Of a stretch of 64,000 nucleotides of DNA, positions 59,857 to 64,000 are shown piece by piece. This DNA comes from Bacilli bacterium (lineage in GTDB: Bacteria > Bacillota_I > Bacilli_A > RF39 > UBA660): positions 12,930-76,929 of the forward strand of contig CAAGEE010000009.1 of assembly GCA_900768815.1 (NCBI GenBank), written 5' to 3'. The translations under genes were made by a program, and so were the position numbers. A model generated the notes under the pieces. The model was not told the origin of the DNA. It saw only the letters and a list, made by a program, of their open reading frames with translations, and made no database searches. Position 1 is the first letter of the stretch; every line of letters starts with the position of its first letter.

Positions 59857-60564
59857 ATGAATAAAAAAAAGAACAAAAAGAAAAAGAGTGAAAAAAGAAT
59901 ATTCATAAAACTGTTTTTATGCCTAATCTACCTAATTGCCATGACAGTCTTATCAGTATGCGCTTATAAAATATTTCAAGAAAAAGAAGAGATAAAACCA
60001 TGGGAAAAAATAACTAATGCCGATGAGTATTCGTACATTGAAGTATCAAGAATGTCTGAAAAGTTTGCTTACTATTCCACAAGTAAAAAGTCAATTCATT
60101 TCGTAATTGAAAAAGAAGATACTGGAGCTTGGCATACATACTTAATATCTATAAATAATAGTGACTATTCTAAGTTTAAAGACATAATTGACTATACTTA
60201 TGAAAGAACAACAAAAGAACCAACTCCTATTAAAGTGTATGGGTACCCAGTCGTAATAAACGCAGAGTTAAAAGCCCTAGCAATCAAAAATCTTCCTAAC
60301 TTTATGCCGGCTGAAAATGAAATAGTTATAAATGAAGAAAACTTTGATACCTACTTAACAAATAGTTATCTAGATACAACAATTGCTAGAACCGATACCT
60401 TTTCTGTTCCATTATTTATAATATTATTAATGATTTTTGTCTTACTAGGACTATTTATATTTACTATTTTTGATAAAGATAAAATAGTAGATGACGTTGA
60501 CGATATAATTGATGATGTCTTAAAAAAATATACAAAACCAAAAACAGAAAAAAAGGAGTCTTAA
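59857..60564 (+). CDS. hypothetical bitopic membrane protein (N-terminal TM, extracytoplasmic domain, C-terminal TM, acidic tail)
   Basis: RBS GAGGTG. TM at ~20-40 and ~185-205. Confidence 0.4.
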   Translation: MNKKKNKKKKSEKRIFIKLFLCLIYLIAMTVLSVCAYKIFQEKEEIKPWEKITNADEYSYIEVSRMSEKFAYYSTSKKSIHFVIEKEDTGAWHTYLISINNSDYSKFKDIIDYTYERTTKEPTPIKVYGYPVVINAELKALAIKNLPNFMPAENEIVINEENFDTYLTNSYLDTTIARTDTFSVPLFIILLMIFVLLGLFIFTIFDKDKIVDDVDDIIDDVLKKYTKPKTEKKES

Positions 60565-60565
60565 T

Positions 60566-60820
60566 ATGAAATATAGTTATAAAACAAAAGGTACATGTTC
60601 TACTAATATAAATTTTGATATTGAAAACAATCACATTTATAATGTGAGTTTTACTGGTGGTTGTAATGGTAATTTAAAAGCTGTTAGTAAACTAGTAGAA
60701 GGTGAAAAAGTAGAGGATGTTATAAAGAAACTATCTGGAATAAAATGTGGCTTTAGAAATACATCATGTGCTGATCAATTTTCTAAAGCTCTAGAAAGTG
60801 TTAAGGAAAAAAGTGAATAA
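60566..60820 (+). CDS. TSCPD-domain small protein (four-Cys, TIGR03905-like)
   Basis: Four Cys in the C…GGC…C…TSC(A)D arrangement: GTCSTN, FTGGCNGNLKAV, IKCGF, RNTSCADQFSKAL. RBS AAGGAG. Confidence 0.5.
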   Translation: MKYSYKTKGTCSTNINFDIENNHIYNVSFTGGCNGNLKAVSKLVEGEKVEDVIKKLSGIKCGFRNTSCADQFSKALESVKEKSE

Positions 60821-63308
60821 AATAAAAAATAAAGATTTTGATTATAACTATCTTATAATAACCATTCTCTCAATACTTTTAATTCTCCTAGTAATACCAG
60901 ATAATTCTATCTTTGGAAGTAAAATTGATTGGTCCACTCAACACATAATATTTCCAGACTACTTTAGAAAACTCTTTTATAAAACCCTAAATTTATTTCC
61001 TAGCTTTGCACTATCTATAGGTGCTGGTCAAAATATTTATAACTTTTCTTATTATGGTCTTTTAAATCCCTTACTTTTAATATCTTACTTATTACCATTC
61101 ATCAGTATGAAAGACTATATAATAACTCTAAATAGTATTATCTTTATAAGTACTGGTTTAATATCATATTACTTCTTTAAAACTAAAACTACTAAAAAAG
61201 TATCTTTTCTAACAACTATGTTTATTATTTTTTCAGCATCGATATTATTTCACTTACATAAACACTTTATGTTCGTAAACTATTTACCATTTTTATTCCT
61301 AGCCCTAATAGGAACAGATAAATATTTAGAAAAAGGGAAAATGTCACTAGTATCTTTTTCTATTTTTATGATAATTATGATTAGTTACTATTACTCAATA
61401 CCAAGTATTTTAGTAATCTGTATCTACGCAGTTTATCGTTACTTAGAACTAAATCCAAATCTAAATCTAAAAGACTTTCTAAAGAAAGGTTCCTTATTTT
61501 TAATACCAATAATAATTGCTATCTTGTCAGCTTCTGTTTTACTATTACCAACTTTTTATACTCTAAAAACTGGGCGTACTACAAAAATTCCAACAACAAC
61601 TAACATCTATCTTTTATCAAGACTAATTCCAAAGTTTAATATTGATGCTTATTTATATAGTAACTATACCATGGGATTAACTGTTATAAGTGTCATCTCT
61701 GTTATATTAGGATTATTATCTAAAAAGAAACATAATCTATTTCTAAGCATCACTCTAATAGTACTATTAAATATACCTATAGTTGTTTATCTTTTAAATG
61801 GTAACTTATATTTTAGAAATAAAGTATTTATTCCATTCATACCTATAGTATGTATTTTACTATATCAATTTATTGAAACTTTATTATCAAAGAAAATACC
61901 ACAAAAAAACATTCTGATTATATCTTTAATACTAGCTATACTATCTCTAATTACAAAGTATGATAATCCAATAATTTACCTAGACTTACTTTTATTAAAT
62001 GTTGCAATATATTTATATAACACTTCAAAAATAAAAGAGAAATTTGCGGTGTTTTTATTAATACTAGTACCAATAATTATCTTTAATGTCTCAAACTATA
62101 ATGATACTTATGTTTCTGTTCAAAATAAAAATACAGAGTTAACAACCAATATAAAAAAAATTCTATCACAAGAAAAAGGTATTGTTCGTTTCAATAATTT
62201 AAACAATACACTTCAAAATATTAATGAAATATATGAAATAGGCTATAATCAAAACTCAGTATATTCATCAGTATCAAATCCTCTTTATACAGAGTTTTAT
62301 AAAAATATTTTTAAAAATGCTCTGTCTTATAGAAATAATTTAATGTTAGCCCAAAATAACGATATTTTATTCCAAACATTTATGGGCATTAAATATATCT
62401 ATTCTGAAGATAATACTCCAGTAGGTTATGAAAAAATAGCTAAGAACTTCTATAAAAATGATAATGTCTTGCCACTGTTTTACGGTACTAATAAAATAAC
62501 TAATGAAGAAGATTTTGATAAGTTGTCGTATCCAGAAAATATCGAAAAACTTTTATCTGGAGTAGTAACAAAAGATAAAACAAATTACACTAAGTCTAAG
62601 ATAACTAAAAAGATTGATTTAGAAGCAACAATATCTAAACAAGAAAATCTAACTATAAAACAAAAGAAAAACTATCTTTTAATTAAAAGTAAGGACAATG
62701 GTAAACTAATAATCAATTTATCTTCTCCTTTAAAAGATGATATCTTAATTTTAAATATTGAACTTCTAAATGAACAGAGTTGTAGTGAAGGAGATTTACG
62801 TATAACTATCAATAATATTAGTAACGTAAGGACTTGTAAAACATGGACCTATAAAAACAACAACAATATCTTTCATTATGTTATATCAAGTAATAATGAT
62901 CTAAATAGTCTAGTTCTAAAATTTAATAAAGGAACTTATAAAATAGGAAACATTGAAACATACAAACTAAACTACAAAGATATCTCTAAAGTAATAGATA
63001 AACAAAGTACTTTTATAGCTAACAAAGATAAAAGTCTAGGAGATAACATAGAAGGAACTATAGATATGAAGGAATCTGGTTACTTCGTTACAAGTATACC
63101 ATATGATGAAGGCTTCAAAGTATATGTTGATAACAAAGCAGTAGAAAAGCAAATAGTAAATAAATCTTTCTTAGGATTTAAATTATCTAAAGGTAATCAT
63201 AATATAAAAATAGTATATAAGTCTCCATTACAAAAAGAAGGACTAATACTAAGTTTTCTAGGTTTAGTTAGTTTTGTATCTTTATCAATCATAGAAAGGA
63301 GAAAGTAA
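60798..63308 (+). CDS. YfhO-family polytopic membrane glycosyltransferase (GT-C-like) with a C-terminal extracytoplasmic domain
   Basis: 836 aa. N-terminal …IPDNSIFGSKIDWSTQHIIFPDYFRKLFY… is typical of YfhO, with about 13 TM and a beta-rich C-terminus. It overlaps the TSCPD gene by 23 nt. Confidence 0.7.
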   Translation: MLRKKVNKIKNKDFDYNYLIITILSILLILLVIPDNSIFGSKIDWSTQHIIFPDYFRKLFYKTLNLFPSFALSIGAGQNIYNFSYYGLLNPLLLISYLLPFISMKDYIITLNSIIFISTGLISYYFFKTKTTKKVSFLTTMFIIFSASILFHLHKHFMFVNYLPFLFLALIGTDKYLEKGKMSLVSFSIFMIIMISYYYSIPSILVICIYAVYRYLELNPNLNLKDFLKKGSLFLIPIIIAILSASVLLLPTFYTLKTGRTTKIPTTTNIYLLSRLIPKFNIDAYLYSNYTMGLTVISVISVILGLLSKKKHNLFLSITLIVLLNIPIVVYLLNGNLYFRNKVFIPFIPIVCILLYQFIETLLSKKIPQKNILIISLILAILSLITKYDNPIIYLDLLLLNVAIYLYNTSKIKEKFAVFLLILVPIIIFNVSNYNDTYVSVQNKNTELTTNIKKILSQEKGIVRFNNLNNTLQNINEIYEIGYNQNSVYSSVSNPLYTEFYKNIFKNALSYRNNLMLAQNNDILFQTFMGIKYIYSEDNTPVGYEKIAKNFYKNDNVLPLFYGTNKITNEEDFDKLSYPENIEKLLSGVVTKDKTNYTKSKITKKIDLEATISKQENLTIKQKKNYLLIKSKDNGKLIINLSSPLKDDILILNIELLNEQSCSEGDLRITINNISNVRTCKTWTYKNNNNIFHYVISSNNDLNSLVLKFNKGTYKIGNIETYKLNYKDISKVIDKQSTFIANKDKSLGDNIEGTIDMKESGYFVTSIPYDEGFKVYVDNKAVEKQIVNKSFLGFKLSKGNHNIKIVYKSPLQKEGLILSFLGLVSFVSLSIIERRK

Positions 63309-63309
63309 T

Positions 63310-63903
63310 ATGTCAAATATTTTATTAATTATAAGTATCATTCTAACACTAATATGTTATATCTTAATATTTATATCCTCTCTAACTAGCAAAAATGGTA
63401 GTGAAACAGCTTACGAAGCCGTAATAAGATTAACTAAAGAGGATAATGGACTTCGTCTAGTAGAAAGCAAAGACAATATTTTAAATAAGTACCAACTAAA
63501 AAGAAAAATAATAAAATTAAAAGAAAAAACTTATTCTTCTAAATCATATTTTTCTCTAAGCATCGCTTATTTATTATCAGGCTATTCTAAATTAAAAGAA
63601 TCATCTCTTGAATATCTAAGTAAAGTAATACCATATTTTTACTATTTAAGTTTTACTCCTATAATTTCACTTGTTATAACTTTAGTAATAAAAACAAGTA
63701 TGGATGCGAAAATTGGTATTATTATATTCATAATAATTTTAATATATCAAAATATCTTATCTAATCTAAATACTAAAGCTATAGACTTAGTAAAAGATGA
63801 TAATAAATACATAACTAAATACTTAAATAATATAATATTTATATCAAAAGTTTTTATTCTATCAACTATTATCCAACTAATTAGAATGATAATTTTACTT
63901 TAA
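63310..63903 (+). CDS. hypothetical membrane protein (4 TM), translationally coupled to yfhO
   Basis: It starts 2 nt after the previous stop. Hydrophobic helices at both ends. Confidence 0.4.
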   Translation: MSNILLIISIILTLICYILIFISSLTSKNGSETAYEAVIRLTKEDNGLRLVESKDNILNKYQLKRKIIKLKEKTYSSKSYFSLSIAYLLSGYSKLKESSLEYLSKVIPYFYYLSFTPIISLVITLVIKTSMDAKIGIIIFIIILIYQNILSNLNTKAIDLVKDDNKYITKYLNNIIFISKVFILSTIIQLIRMIILL

Positions 63904-64000
63904 TATTCATATCTACGTAAAATGTCCAATAAAAAACATTGAAGAAACCAAAAAAAATTAGTATAATCAATATAGATAAAAATACTAAAGATGGTGATAA

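Overview
This is an AT-rich window from a low-GC Gram-positive (Bacillota-type) chromosome, read in the standard genetic code, with almost all coding on the + strand. Housekeeping backbone: pcrA, a nucleotidyltransferase, ligA, an acidic membrane protein and gatCAB (11.3-20.8 kb). Upstream of that are a 5'-truncated YfcC/DcuC-like transporter, a membrane-anchored XRE regulator, a small secreted protein followed by a MacB-type ABC exporter (ATPase plus two FtsX-like permeases), an orphan NMT1/SsuA-like binding protein and a YfcE-type phosphoesterase. A pilus-like module follows: a TQXA (thioester-type) adhesin with two CnaB-like domains and its own sortase. Downstream are a GGDEF protein with a degenerate active site, a YihY/BrkB protein, and a small accessory islet (24.3-28.1 kb) carrying an IS4-family transposase, tiny zinc-ribbon/RHH genes and an XRE plus Zn-ribbon-DUF4145 pair. 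Next comes a cell-wall block: LtaS, an LCP protein with a G/S/T-rich repeat tail, a 1243-aa glucosaminidase-like hydrolase with three Ig-like repeats, and a kinase-less 5xPASTA membrane protein. The final ~25 kb (39.4-63.9 kb) is a surface-polysaccharide/teichoic-acid-type locus: a Wzy-like protein, several GT2/GT4 glycosyltransferases, a TagGH-like ABC-2 exporter, a CapE/FnlA-like dehydratase with an RmlD-like reductase and UDP-GlcNAc 2-epimerase, an FrhB-like/pyruvyl-transferase gene split by one in-frame TAG, two AT3 acyltransferases and an SGNH hydrolase, a DAG-kinase-like lipid kinase, a TSCPD protein and YfhO. This locus shows gene decay, namely a CDP-alcohol phosphatidyltransferase stub and a frameshifted GtrA gene. 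I recognised no rRNA, tRNA or CRISPR array. The candidates I rate highest are the XRE/Zn-ribbon-DUF4145 pair beside the IS, the thioester adhesin/sortase pair, the secreted-peptide/ABC locus, the PASTA-hydrolase-LCP neighbourhood, the amber-split pyruvyl-transferase gene and the decayed CDP-alcohol transferase/GtrA module.
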